A stretch of 32,000 nt of DNA from assembly GCF_001997385.1 (NCBI RefSeq), contig NZ_CP019633.1, positions 1,590,001 through 1,622,000 of the forward strand, written 5' to 3'. Both the position numbers and the translations under genes were made by a program. The first letter of the stretch is position 1. Each line of letters begins with the position of its first letter. The notes under the pieces are model-generated. The model worked only from the letters and a program-made list of their open reading frames with translations, did not search any database and had not been told where the DNA came from. Source of the DNA: Sedimentisphaera cyanobacteriorum. Its GTDB lineage: Bacteria > Planctomycetota > Phycisphaerae > Sedimentisphaerales > Sedimentisphaeraceae. Shown here one piece after another: positions 9,029 through 16,804 of the stretch.

Positions 9029-10270
9029 TTGGATGTCCCGGACAATCTTATAAAAAATCTACTGGAAAATGGCTCAGCAGAAATTCCATTAGATAATTAC
9101 TCCAAAAAAAGAAACAGAATACTTTCAGATGCATGCCGAGAATACAAGAAACTTCTTCCCAATGTATTTGCTGCAAATAAGAGGAACTTTGAAAATGTTA
9201 AATTCCTCGTGAGCTTAGATGAGCCTGAAGAATTCCCTGCCAAGGAAATCGAAGTAAATTACGGAACCAATAAAAAGAATATTCTAAAATTAAATAAACC
9301 CAAAAATGCAAATAAAATCACCGCAAGCCTGATGATACAAAATGGAGGCCAAGAACTTCACAAAGACCTTATAGATAATGCGATTGGAGAAACTATCCGT
9401 CAGGTTCTTTTTGGCCATTTATTCCCCAAACCATTCATTATAAGTGAGGAAAGAACTGGAGCTGCAATTTTCCGCTCTGAGCTTAATTTCGCAAGAAACA
9501 GACTGCTGGAAGAAGTTAGCTCTATGGAAAAGACTTCGTTTAACCCTTTTGAACTGATAAACAAAGTTTATTCAGATTATGCACTTCCGGTTAAGCAAAA
9601 CGTTGAATTCATTAGAAATATAGAAAATGTAGCTAAGAGAGAAAGCTTTTTAGCTGTCGAACACCATGATCTGCTCCAAGAATTTGCAGATATTATTGGG
9701 GGAACATACAAAGTAACAAATAGCGATGAATTATACTTTATCCCAAATAAAGATAAAAGAGTAAAGCTGACCATGGATGAAAGCTCAAGCTCTGTTCGTT
9801 CTCTGCTTGATTTAGGTTTTTATCTTAAACATATCTGCCGAAAAGGTGATTTGCTTATGGTGGATGAACCTGAACTTAATATGCACCCGGAAAATCAAAG
9901 AAAGATAGCAAGGCTTTTTGCAAGATTAATCAACCTTGGAATAAAAATCTTTGTAACCACTCACAGCGATTACCTGATAAAGGAGCTGAATTCTTTGATT
10001 ATGTTTGACCCTGAAAACACCTCACATCTAAAGATAATGGAAAAGGCAAATTATTCTAAAAAAGAATCATTATCTTCTTCTAAATTTAAGGTTTATACTG
10101 CTGAAAAAGCGAAAATTCTCAAAGACGGAAATAAACGAAAAACTACAGGCCTGACTTTAATCCCGGCAGATATCGATAAAGAACTTGGAATTGAAGTGGC
10201 CAGTTTTGATGAATCAATTGAAGCAATGGAAAGAATCCAAAACAGCCTTCTTTTTGAATCAGAGGAATAA
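9029..10270 (+). CDS. ABC/SMC-type (AAA_15/AAA_21-like) ATPase; this is the ORF-track minimum, and the real frame begins at 8876 but is interrupted
   Basis: Signature-like ESSSSVRSLLDLGF, Walker B GDLLMVDEPELNMHP and H-loop FVTTHSDYLIKEL. Walker A lies upstream of the called TTG start (see the 8876-9028 feature). Strongly AT-rich and lysine/asparagine-rich. Confidence 0.8.
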   Translation: MDVPDNLIKNLLENGSAEIPLDNYSKKRNRILSDACREYKKLLPNVFAANKRNFENVKFLVSLDEPEEFPAKEIEVNYGTNKKNILKLNKPKNANKITASLMIQNGGQELHKDLIDNAIGETIRQVLFGHLFPKPFIISEERTGAAIFRSELNFARNRLLEEVSSMEKTSFNPFELINKVYSDYALPVKQNVEFIRNIENVAKRESFLAVEHHDLLQEFADIIGGTYKVTNSDELYFIPNKDKRVKLTMDESSSSVRSLLDLGFYLKHICRKGDLLMVDEPELNMHPENQRKIARLFARLINLGIKIFVTTHSDYLIKELNSLIMFDPENTSHLKIMEKANYSKKESLSSSKFKVYTAEKAKILKDGNKRKTTGLTLIPADIDKELGIEVASFDESIEAMERIQNSLLFESEE

Positions 10271-10272
10271 AT

Positions 10273-10827
10273 TTGCTGCAGACTGATACACTTAAAAGCA
10301 TCTTTCATAGAAAATTTACCTTGGATTTAAATGTTTCCCAAGGGAAAAATACAGCTGTTTTAAGGGAATCTGGAAAAGAAGCCAAACTAAAACATGTGAA
10401 ACTCAGCAACATACCGGATAATTCATTAATACTGAAAATAGATGCTTGCAAGTGTCCTGAATATATTTTCAGTTCAACAAAAGACCATAACATAAGATGC
10501 GATTACCTTCTGATATATCAAAATACAGAAGAATCGCCCCCTGATTTGGTTTTCATAGAGCTTAAGTCGAAAAAACTCAAAGGCAGCAAGTATTCAAGTC
10601 AATTCAAAAGTTCAGTTTGTCTATTTGAATATATAAACTCCATCCTTATAAATTTCTATGAGATAAAATCCTTATCTAAAGCAAAAAAACATTTTATATT
10701 GCTGCACAAAAAAAGAATAGCTAAAACCAACACAAGAAAAAAACGGGAATATTTCAGCACCGATAGTACACCTGAGAAACCTTTGAGCATAAATGCCGGC
10801 AGTTCACCTATTTTTTTAAGAACATAA
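10273..10827 (+). CDS. Small basic protein with a PD-(D/E)xK-like nuclease motif, translationally coupled to the ATPase
   Basis: TTG start 2 nt after the ATPase stop, with GAGGA (10262-10266) 6 nt upstream. 184 aa with no internal Met. RCDYLLIY (D77, nt 10501-10503), then 18 aa, then DLVFIELKSKK (E96-L-K98, nt 10558-10566). The C-terminal third is very basic (KKRIAKTNTRKKREY). Confidence 0.6.
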   Translation: MLQTDTLKSIFHRKFTLDLNVSQGKNTAVLRESGKEAKLKHVKLSNIPDNSLILKIDACKCPEYIFSSTKDHNIRCDYLLIYQNTEESPPDLVFIELKSKKLKGSKYSSQFKSSVCLFEYINSILINFYEIKSLSKAKKHFILLHKKRIAKTNTRKKREYFSTDSTPEKPLSINAGSSPIFLRT

Positions 10828-10837
10828 GAATAAGCGT

Positions 10838-12223
10838 TTGATTATGGCAAAAGATTACGATGCAGTGATAATAGGAGCGGGGCCGGGAGGCTATGCCGCA
10901 GGGATAAAATGCGCAAGAAACGGCCTCAAAACCGCTGTTATAGAGCGAGACAAGCCCGGAGGGACGTGTTTGAATTACGGCTGCATACCTTCGAAGGCGC
11001 TGCTTGGGTCTGCGGAGTTTATAATTAAAGCCAGACACGCAAACCTGATGGGGCTTGATGTATCTTTCGGCGAGCCGAACTGGGGCAGGATTCAATCCCG
11101 CAAAGATGCAATAGTAAAGAGCTTCACATCCGGCGTTGAAGGGCTGCTGCGTTCGAACGGAGCGGAGCTGATTATAGATGATGCCGAAGTAAAGGAAAAT
11201 GGCTCGGTGAGGCTGAAAAATGCCGGCAGAGAAATCAGCTGCGAACACATAATTCTGGCAAGCGGGTCTGAGCCAAAAGGGATTCCCTCAATCCCATTCG
11301 ACGGGAAAAAGGTAATTTCCAGCAAAGAGGCTTTGAACCTTAAAGAAATACCCAAATCCATGGTAATAATCGGCGGCGGGGTAATCGGCTGCGAGATGGG
11401 CTGTCTTTATGCCTCAATGGGCTGTAAAACCACAATTATCGAAGCCCTTCCGAGACTGCTTCCAAGGGAGGACGATTGGGCAGGCAGGCTGCTTGAGAAG
11501 GAATTCAGAAAGATAAACCTTAAAGCCCTTACTGATGTTAAAGTGAGCTCTGCGGAAACCTCAGGCGATCTATGCAGGCTTCATCTATCCTCAGGCGAGG
11601 TGCTTGAGAGCGAGAAGGTTTTAGTTGCTGTGGGAAGAAGGCCTGTAATAAGCGAGGAAACCGCCAAGGCCTTAAGCCTTGAGCTCAGCGTCGGCGAGGT
11701 GGTAATAGATGAGAAAATGCAGACATCCGCTAAAGGCGTTTACGCACTCGGAGACCTTGCCGGGAAAACATACCTCGCTCACGGCGCATATTTGGAGGCG
11801 GAGATCCTCGCAGACATTCTCGCGGGCAAAGGCGGGCAAATCAAAGACTACCATCTGGTTCCAAGGGCTGTATATTCCTTCCCCGAAGCGGCAGGCGTCG
11901 GGCTTACAGAGAAAGAGGCTCGGGAGAAAGGCATTGATTACAGCGTTACCAAATCGGGGTTTCTCGCAAACGGAAGAAGCCTTGCCCATAATCAGACAGC
12001 CGGCGAGGTGCGGATTATAAAAGACAAAGCTGACGGCCGTATAGTCGGAGTGAGCATGGTAGGAGAATCGGCAACTGAAATGATCAGCACAGCGAGGCTG
12101 ATTATTGGTACAAACGAAAAGGCCGGCGAGGTTAGCTTCCCCCATCCTACAGTATCAGAAGTGCTCAAGGAGGCTTGGATGGGTGCATACGGCGAGAGCA
12201 TTCATCTGCCGCCCCAAAAATAG
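10838..12223 (+). CDS. lpdA: Dihydrolipoyl dehydrogenase (E3, pyridine nucleotide-disulfide oxidoreductase class I)
   Basis: FAD motif VIIGAGPGGY, redox disulfide GGTCLNYGCIPSKALL, NAD motif VIIGGGVIGCEMG and C-terminal His-Glu dyad FPHPTVSEVLKEA. The ORF-track start is TTG 10838. ATG 10844 (MAKDYDAV) is the more likely start. Confidence 0.93.
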   Translation: MIMAKDYDAVIIGAGPGGYAAGIKCARNGLKTAVIERDKPGGTCLNYGCIPSKALLGSAEFIIKARHANLMGLDVSFGEPNWGRIQSRKDAIVKSFTSGVEGLLRSNGAELIIDDAEVKENGSVRLKNAGREISCEHIILASGSEPKGIPSIPFDGKKVISSKEALNLKEIPKSMVIIGGGVIGCEMGCLYASMGCKTTIIEALPRLLPREDDWAGRLLEKEFRKINLKALTDVKVSSAETSGDLCRLHLSSGEVLESEKVLVAVGRRPVISEETAKALSLELSVGEVVIDEKMQTSAKGVYALGDLAGKTYLAHGAYLEAEILADILAGKGGQIKDYHLVPRAVYSFPEAAGVGLTEKEAREKGIDYSVTKSGFLANGRSLAHNQTAGEVRIIKDKADGRIVGVSMVGESATEMISTARLIIGTNEKAGEVSFPHPTVSEVLKEAWMGAYGESIHLPPQK

Positions 12224-12264
12224 AAAACTCAGCTCAAGACCTGCACGCTCAAAATGCCGAAGGG

Positions 12265-12301
12265 GAAATAAAAATGGGCGCCGGAATGAATCCGAACGCC
12301 C
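12265..12301 (-). terminator. Rho-independent terminator of the hyd operon
   Basis: The minus strand reads GGGCGUUCGGA-UUCAU-UCCGGCGCCC, a 10-bp stem with one bulged U (12276-12301). It is followed by AUUUUUAUUUCC (12275-12264) and lies 46 nt past the hydA stop. On the plus strand the hairpin has no U-tract. Confidence 0.6.
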
Positions 12302-12346
12302 GAAAGAGTATTGTATGTGTGTTCTATTAGTTGAATGAAAGGATTT

Positions 12347-14365
12347 TCATTTTTTCGATGACACCTCTGCAAGGGCATTATTGAGCTCTTCAACAGCCTT
12401 TGCTGAATCGCACTTGCTGATAATCTTATCATCAATGCGCACATTCGGCCCTTTATCGCATTTCTCAAAGCAGAAGGTGGCCTGAATGTTCACCTTGTCC
12501 TCGAGGTCTTTCTGGTGGACATAGTCCATCATATCCTGCAGAATTTTCCTTGAGCCCCTGAGATGACAGCTCGTACCCACGCATACGTTCACAGAGATTT
12601 TGGCCTCATCTTCGCTGCCTATTTCGATGTGATCGCTTTCGATCCTTCTGCGGGTTTTGTACTTCGTATGCAGGAGTTCATGGGCAGTATGGCTGCCGGG
12701 TTCGCCTCCGAGGGCATCGGCATAACAGCTCTGCAGATAAGGGTTGTCCTGAGATTTATGCAGCTGTAAACCTTTATCGCTCACATAAAGCCCGTTCTGA
12801 CGCTTCTGCTTGTAGTTGTAGTCTTTGCTGAAAGGCTGGCCTGCCCCTGCAATGCACCCGCCCGGACAAGACATCACTTCCACAAAATCGTAGTCGCACT
12901 CACCTGCCCTTATCATCTCTGCCACCTTGCGGGCATTTTTCAAACCGTGCACTACTGCGAGCTTGAGCTTAATATCTCCGATTTCAATCTCAGTTTCTCG
13001 TATATCTTCATTCCCCCGCACCTGATTGTAGTCTGTCTCGGCGACCTTTTTGCCCGTAAGCTTTTCTGCAGCAAATCTGAGCACTGCCTCGCTCACGCCT
13101 CCGGTTACCCCGAAGATAACTCCAGCGCCGGTTTTAAAGCCCATGGGCATATCGAGAGATTCGGGAGTTAGGCCGCTGAAATCGATCCCCGCTTCCTTGA
13201 TCATCATCCCCAGCTCCTGAGTAGTGAGCACTACATCCACATCTCTGTGGCCGTCTGTCTTGAATTCATCCCTCTGGGCTTCAAATTTTTTGGCCGTGCA
13301 GGGCATAATTGAAACAAGGTACAAATCTTCATTCTTCACATTGAGCTGTTCGGGGAGTGTCTTGCGTGCAACAGAGCCGAACATCTGCTGAGGGCTCCTG
13401 CAGGAAGAGAGATTGCCCAGAAGGTCAGGATAGAACTGCTCTGCAAACTTAACCCAAGCCGGGCAGCACGAGGTGAAAAGCGGCAGTTTTTCGCCCTTGG
13501 TCTTTCTATCGATAAATTCAGTTGATTCCTCCAGCACTGTAAGGTCTGCGGCGAATGAAGTGTCGTAAACCTGATCAAACCCGAGCAGCTTCATCGCAGC
13601 TACGAGCCTTCCCGTTGACACCTCGCCGGGCTCAAGGCCGAACATCTCGCCTATAGCTACCCTGATTGCAGGAGCTATCTGAACCGCTACAGTTTTTTTC
13701 TTGTCGTTTAGCGCATTCCAAACCTTCTCTGTTTCAAATTTTGGCGTTATAGAACCTGTGGGGCAGACACCTGCACACATTCCGCAGTAAACGCATTCTA
13801 CCGCATCAAGATTTTTGAGAAACGCAGGCGAGACAATCGTATCTGCTCCTCGGTTTGCAAAATCAATCGCCCCCACGCTCTGGATCTCCTCACAAGCACG
13901 GACGCAGTCGCCGCAGAGGACGCATTTATTCGGATCGCGAATAAGAGACGGACTGCTTGAATCCACAGGCTTTGGCTTATACTCCTCAGAGAAGGGAATC
14001 TCCCTTATCCCGAGCCTGTTGGAGAGATCCTGAAGCCTGCAAGCTCCGGACTTTGAGCAGGTTGTGCAGGTTTGGTGATGATTTGCAAGCAGGAGCTTGA
14101 GATACACCTTTCGCATCTCGCGCAGCTCGTTTGTATTGGTGCTAACTACCATACCTTCCTGAGGCGTTGTGCTGCATGATGTAACGATGCCCATTCCCTC
14201 AATCTCCACAACGCAGAGCCTGCAAGCTCCGTAGATGCTCAGCTCTGAGTGGTAGCAGAATGTCGGCAGGTCTATGCCTGTTCGTCTTATTATTTCAAGC
14301 AGGTTTCTTTCGTTTTTGATTTCAACCCTGCGGTTGTCTATTGTTAAGTATTTCTTATCAGCCAT
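12347..14365 (-). CDS. hydA: [FeFe]-hydrogenase catalytic subunit HydA of a trimeric NuoE/NuoF-type (bifurcating-type) enzyme, with an extra C-terminal thioredoxin-like [2Fe-2S] domain
   Basis: N-terminal 2Fe-2S and His-ligated cluster region (CYHSELSIYGACRLCVVE, HHQTCTTCSKSGACRLQ) and two ferredoxin motifs (CVLCGDCVRAC, CVYCGMCAGVCP). H-cluster motifs FTSCCPAW, MPCTAKKFE and EVMSCPGGCIAGAGQP. The C-terminal CVGTSCHLRG...CFEKCDKGPNV is also present. The ORF track starts at TTG 14380, but the first ATG (MADKKYL) is at 14365, 4 nt after the hydB stop. Confidence 0.95.
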   Translation of the reverse strand: MADKKYLTIDNRRVEIKNERNLLEIIRRTGIDLPTFCYHSELSIYGACRLCVVEIEGMGIVTSCSTTPQEGMVVSTNTNELREMRKVYLKLLLANHHQTCTTCSKSGACRLQDLSNRLGIREIPFSEEYKPKPVDSSSPSLIRDPNKCVLCGDCVRACEEIQSVGAIDFANRGADTIVSPAFLKNLDAVECVYCGMCAGVCPTGSITPKFETEKVWNALNDKKKTVAVQIAPAIRVAIGEMFGLEPGEVSTGRLVAAMKLLGFDQVYDTSFAADLTVLEESTEFIDRKTKGEKLPLFTSCCPAWVKFAEQFYPDLLGNLSSCRSPQQMFGSVARKTLPEQLNVKNEDLYLVSIMPCTAKKFEAQRDEFKTDGHRDVDVVLTTQELGMMIKEAGIDFSGLTPESLDMPMGFKTGAGVIFGVTGGVSEAVLRFAAEKLTGKKVAETDYNQVRGNEDIRETEIEIGDIKLKLAVVHGLKNARKVAEMIRAGECDYDFVEVMSCPGGCIAGAGQPFSKDYNYKQKRQNGLYVSDKGLQLHKSQDNPYLQSCYADALGGEPGSHTAHELLHTKYKTRRRIESDHIEIGSEDEAKISVNVCVGTSCHLRGSRKILQDMMDYVHQKDLEDKVNIQATFCFEKCDKGPNVRIDDKIISKCDSAKAVEELNNALAEVSSKK

Positions 14366-14369
14366 TTTT

Positions 14370-16265
14370 CTACATCCCAATTACTGCGTTAAATTTACAA
14401 GCTTCTGCGCACGCTCCGCATTTGATGCACTTATCCTGATCGATTACGTGGGGCTGCTTTTTCTCGCCCTCAATCGCATCTACCGGACATTTCTTCTTGC
14501 AGAGCCCGCAGCCGATACATTTCTCCGGATCGATCTCAGGCATTGCGAAGGCCTTGCACTGCCCTGCCGGGCATTTCCCGTGCACTACGTGAGCGGTATA
14601 TTCATCGCGGAAGTATTTCAGCGTAGTAAGCACGGGGTTAGGTGCGGTTTTCCCGAGGCCGCAAAGCGAGCCTTTGGATACCGCGCTTGCCACCCTTTCG
14701 AGCAGGTCGATCGTTTCCAGTGTTGCCCTTGCCTCGATGATATCCTCAAGGAGCCTGAGCATCTGTTTTGTACCCTCTCGGCACGGGACGCACTTTCCGC
14801 AGGATTCGTTCTGCGTAAACTGCATAAAGAAGTGCGCAATCTGCACCATACAGGTTTTCTTGTTCATCACCACAAGCCCGCCTGAGCCCACCATTGCACC
14901 GATATTCCGCAGGTTGTCGTAATCTATAGGCAGATCGAGGTGTTCTTCTGTGAGGCAGCCGCCTGAAGGGCCTCCGCACTGAACGGCCTTGAAGCCGTCT
15001 TCGAATATATTCCCGTCGTCGTCTGTTACGCCGCCTCCGATGCCGAATACAATCTCTCGCAGAGTTAGGCCGAAGGGCACTTCGATAAGACCGGTATTTG
15101 CAACGTGGCCGGTGAGAGCGAAAGTCTTCGTGCCCGCTGAGTTCTCCGTACCCATAGACTTGAAATACTCTGCCCCGTGCTGGATTATCAGCGGAACTGT
15201 TGCGAGCGTTTCCACATTGTTAATGCAGGTTGGCCTGCCCCAGAGCCCGCTTTGTGCGGGAAATGGAGGCTTTGGATTCGGCATACCCCTGCGCCCTTCA
15301 ATGGAAGCGATGAGGGCTGTTTCCTCGCCACAGACAAATGCGCCGGCTCCTTCAAGCACCTTTATCTTAAGGCTCTCTCCAGTGCCGAATACATCATCGC
15401 CCAATATGCCCAGAGCCTCGGCATCTCTTACCGCCTCGCTGACCCTGCTTACGGCAAGCGGATACTCCGCACGAACATAAACATAGGCCTCATCTGCTCC
15501 GATAGCCCTTGCAGCAATCATCATCCCTTCTAACACTCGGTGCGGATTGCCTTCCATAAGGCTTCTGTCCATAAAAGCGCCCGGATCGCCTTCGTCGCCG
15601 TTGCAGATTACATATTTCTTCTCGCCGGGCTGGGGGAGAGTGAGCGCCCATTTTTTCCCTGTGGGGAATCCGCCCCCGCCTCTGCCTCGCAGACCAGATT
15701 CGAGAACTTCATCATATATCTGCTGAGGCTGCATCTGTGTAAACGCTTTTCTCGCTGCGAAGTATCCCTCATGTGAGATATACTCTTCTATATTGCAGGC
15801 ATCAATCTTGCCGCACTCATCGAGAACCGTACGTTTCTGCCTTGTATAAAAGGGGATGTCCTTGGTGGTTTTGCAGGTGTTTCCGGTAGCCGGATCGGAG
15901 TATAGAAGTCTTTCCACAGGCTTATCATCAGCTACTGAGGATTCAACAATTTCAGCAGCATCCTCCGGCTTCACCCGCACATAATGATATTCCTGCGGAC
16001 GCACCGTTACCAGCGGCCCAACCTGACAGAACCCGCGGCAGCCTGTTTTGGCCATAACCACATCAGCATCCTTATCAGATTCGAGCTTTACCGAAACGTT
16101 TAAGTCTTTCTTTTCCACCTGCTCTTTTATAGCCTCAAAGACCTTCAAAGACCCGTTTGCAACGCAGGCCGTACCTGCGCAGACCACAATCTGCCTCTGG
16201 GTTTTCTCAAGGGCTTTGAGGTAGTTTTCTTTTATTGATTCCAAATTTACGGTTGCCGCAATCAT
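14370..16265 (-). CDS. hydB: Hydrogenase NADH-binding flavoprotein subunit HydB (NuoF-like)
   Basis: N-terminal thioredoxin-like module (CAGTACVANG...GCRGFCQVGP), FMN/NADH region GLRGRGGGGFPTGKKW and the NuoF cluster ESCGKCVPCREG. C-terminal 2x[4Fe-4S] ferredoxin motifs are CIGCGLCKKKCP and CIKCGACAEAC. Its start overlaps the hydC stop (TGATG at 16263-16267). Confidence 0.95.
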   Translation of the reverse strand: MIAATVNLESIKENYLKALEKTQRQIVVCAGTACVANGSLKVFEAIKEQVEKKDLNVSVKLESDKDADVVMAKTGCRGFCQVGPLVTVRPQEYHYVRVKPEDAAEIVESSVADDKPVERLLYSDPATGNTCKTTKDIPFYTRQKRTVLDECGKIDACNIEEYISHEGYFAARKAFTQMQPQQIYDEVLESGLRGRGGGGFPTGKKWALTLPQPGEKKYVICNGDEGDPGAFMDRSLMEGNPHRVLEGMMIAARAIGADEAYVYVRAEYPLAVSRVSEAVRDAEALGILGDDVFGTGESLKIKVLEGAGAFVCGEETALIASIEGRRGMPNPKPPFPAQSGLWGRPTCINNVETLATVPLIIQHGAEYFKSMGTENSAGTKTFALTGHVANTGLIEVPFGLTLREIVFGIGGGVTDDDGNIFEDGFKAVQCGGPSGGCLTEEHLDLPIDYDNLRNIGAMVGSGGLVVMNKKTCMVQIAHFFMQFTQNESCGKCVPCREGTKQMLRLLEDIIEARATLETIDLLERVASAVSKGSLCGLGKTAPNPVLTTLKYFRDEYTAHVVHGKCPAGQCKAFAMPEIDPEKCIGCGLCKKKCPVDAIEGEKKQPHVIDQDKCIKCGACAEACKFNAVIGM

Positions 16266-16762
16266 CAGGCCTTCTCCTTTTCAAGAATTTCTTCGATAAG
16301 ATTTCCCGCCTTCTCCGGCGTTACAAGCCCGTAAACATCTTCGTTTATAGTAATCACCGGAGCCATCCCGCATGCACCGAGACAGCTGACAGTTTCCACT
16401 GTAAAAAGCTGGTCGTCTGTTGTGCATTTTTCCTTGTCAAGGCCGAGCTTTCCCTGCATTGCCTCAAGGATCGCTATCGAGCCCTTTACATGGCAGGCTG
16501 TTCCGTCGCATACATGGATTACATACTTGCCTTTCGGCTCAAGTGCGAAGTGTGCGTAAAAACTTGCCACTCCATAAACCTTTGCCGGCGGCATTTTCAG
16601 ACTTGTTGCAATATATGTTAAAATTTCTTCCGGCAGATACCTGTACTCCCTCTGCACTGCGTGGAGTATTGGTATGAGATTTGATTTGTCTGCCTGATGT
16701 TCTTCAAGTATCCGGCAAACCTTCTCAAACTTCTGCTTTTTACAGGCTTCACAAGACATCAA
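16265..16762 (-). CDS. hydC: Hydrogenase [2Fe-2S] subunit HydC (NuoE-like)
   Basis: 165 aa with the NuoE pattern YVIHVCDGTACHVKG...VSCLGACGMAPVITINE. Confidence 0.93.
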   Translation of the reverse strand: MMSCEACKKQKFEKVCRILEEHQADKSNLIPILHAVQREYRYLPEEILTYIATSLKMPPAKVYGVASFYAHFALEPKGKYVIHVCDGTACHVKGSIAILEAMQGKLGLDKEKCTTDDQLFTVETVSCLGACGMAPVITINEDVYGLVTPEKAGNLIEEILEKEKA

Positions 16763-16804
16763 TATTTCCTTTATTCAATTATCACTAAACTACTTCTTTT
16801 ACTC

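Noticed and set aside
8788-10837. Mobile-element hallmarks around the AT-rich islet (integrase, transposase, tRNA target, flanking direct or inverted repeats)
   Set aside because: None found. The only shared flank string is a trivial TTGATT, so I do not call a mobile element. Horizontal origin rests on composition and context only.
14366-14380. The TTG start at 14380 for hydA, and likewise TTG 10838 for lpdA, ATG 20090 for the small ferredoxin and TTG 23304 for the fucosidase
   Set aside because: These are longest-ORF artefacts. Downstream starts (ATG 14365, ATG 10844, ATG 20012, GTG 23274) remove overlaps with the upstream genes. They also give N-termini that match family expectations or a cleaner signal peptide.
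14274-14885. A 203-aa + strand ORF across the hydA/hydB junction. Similar antisense ORFs occur at 14989-15480, 15177-15533, 18237-18761, 11672-12145 and 10808-11248.
   Set aside because: All lie antisense to genes with unambiguous cofactor-binding motifs. None has its own motif, plausible start context or intergenic flank.
16748-16754. A perfect Rex half-site, TTCACAA (TTGTGAA on the minus strand), near the hydC start
   Set aside because: It lies inside the hydC coding sequence (codons for S-C-E-A of MMSCEAC). No matching second arm occurs at N4-N6 spacing.
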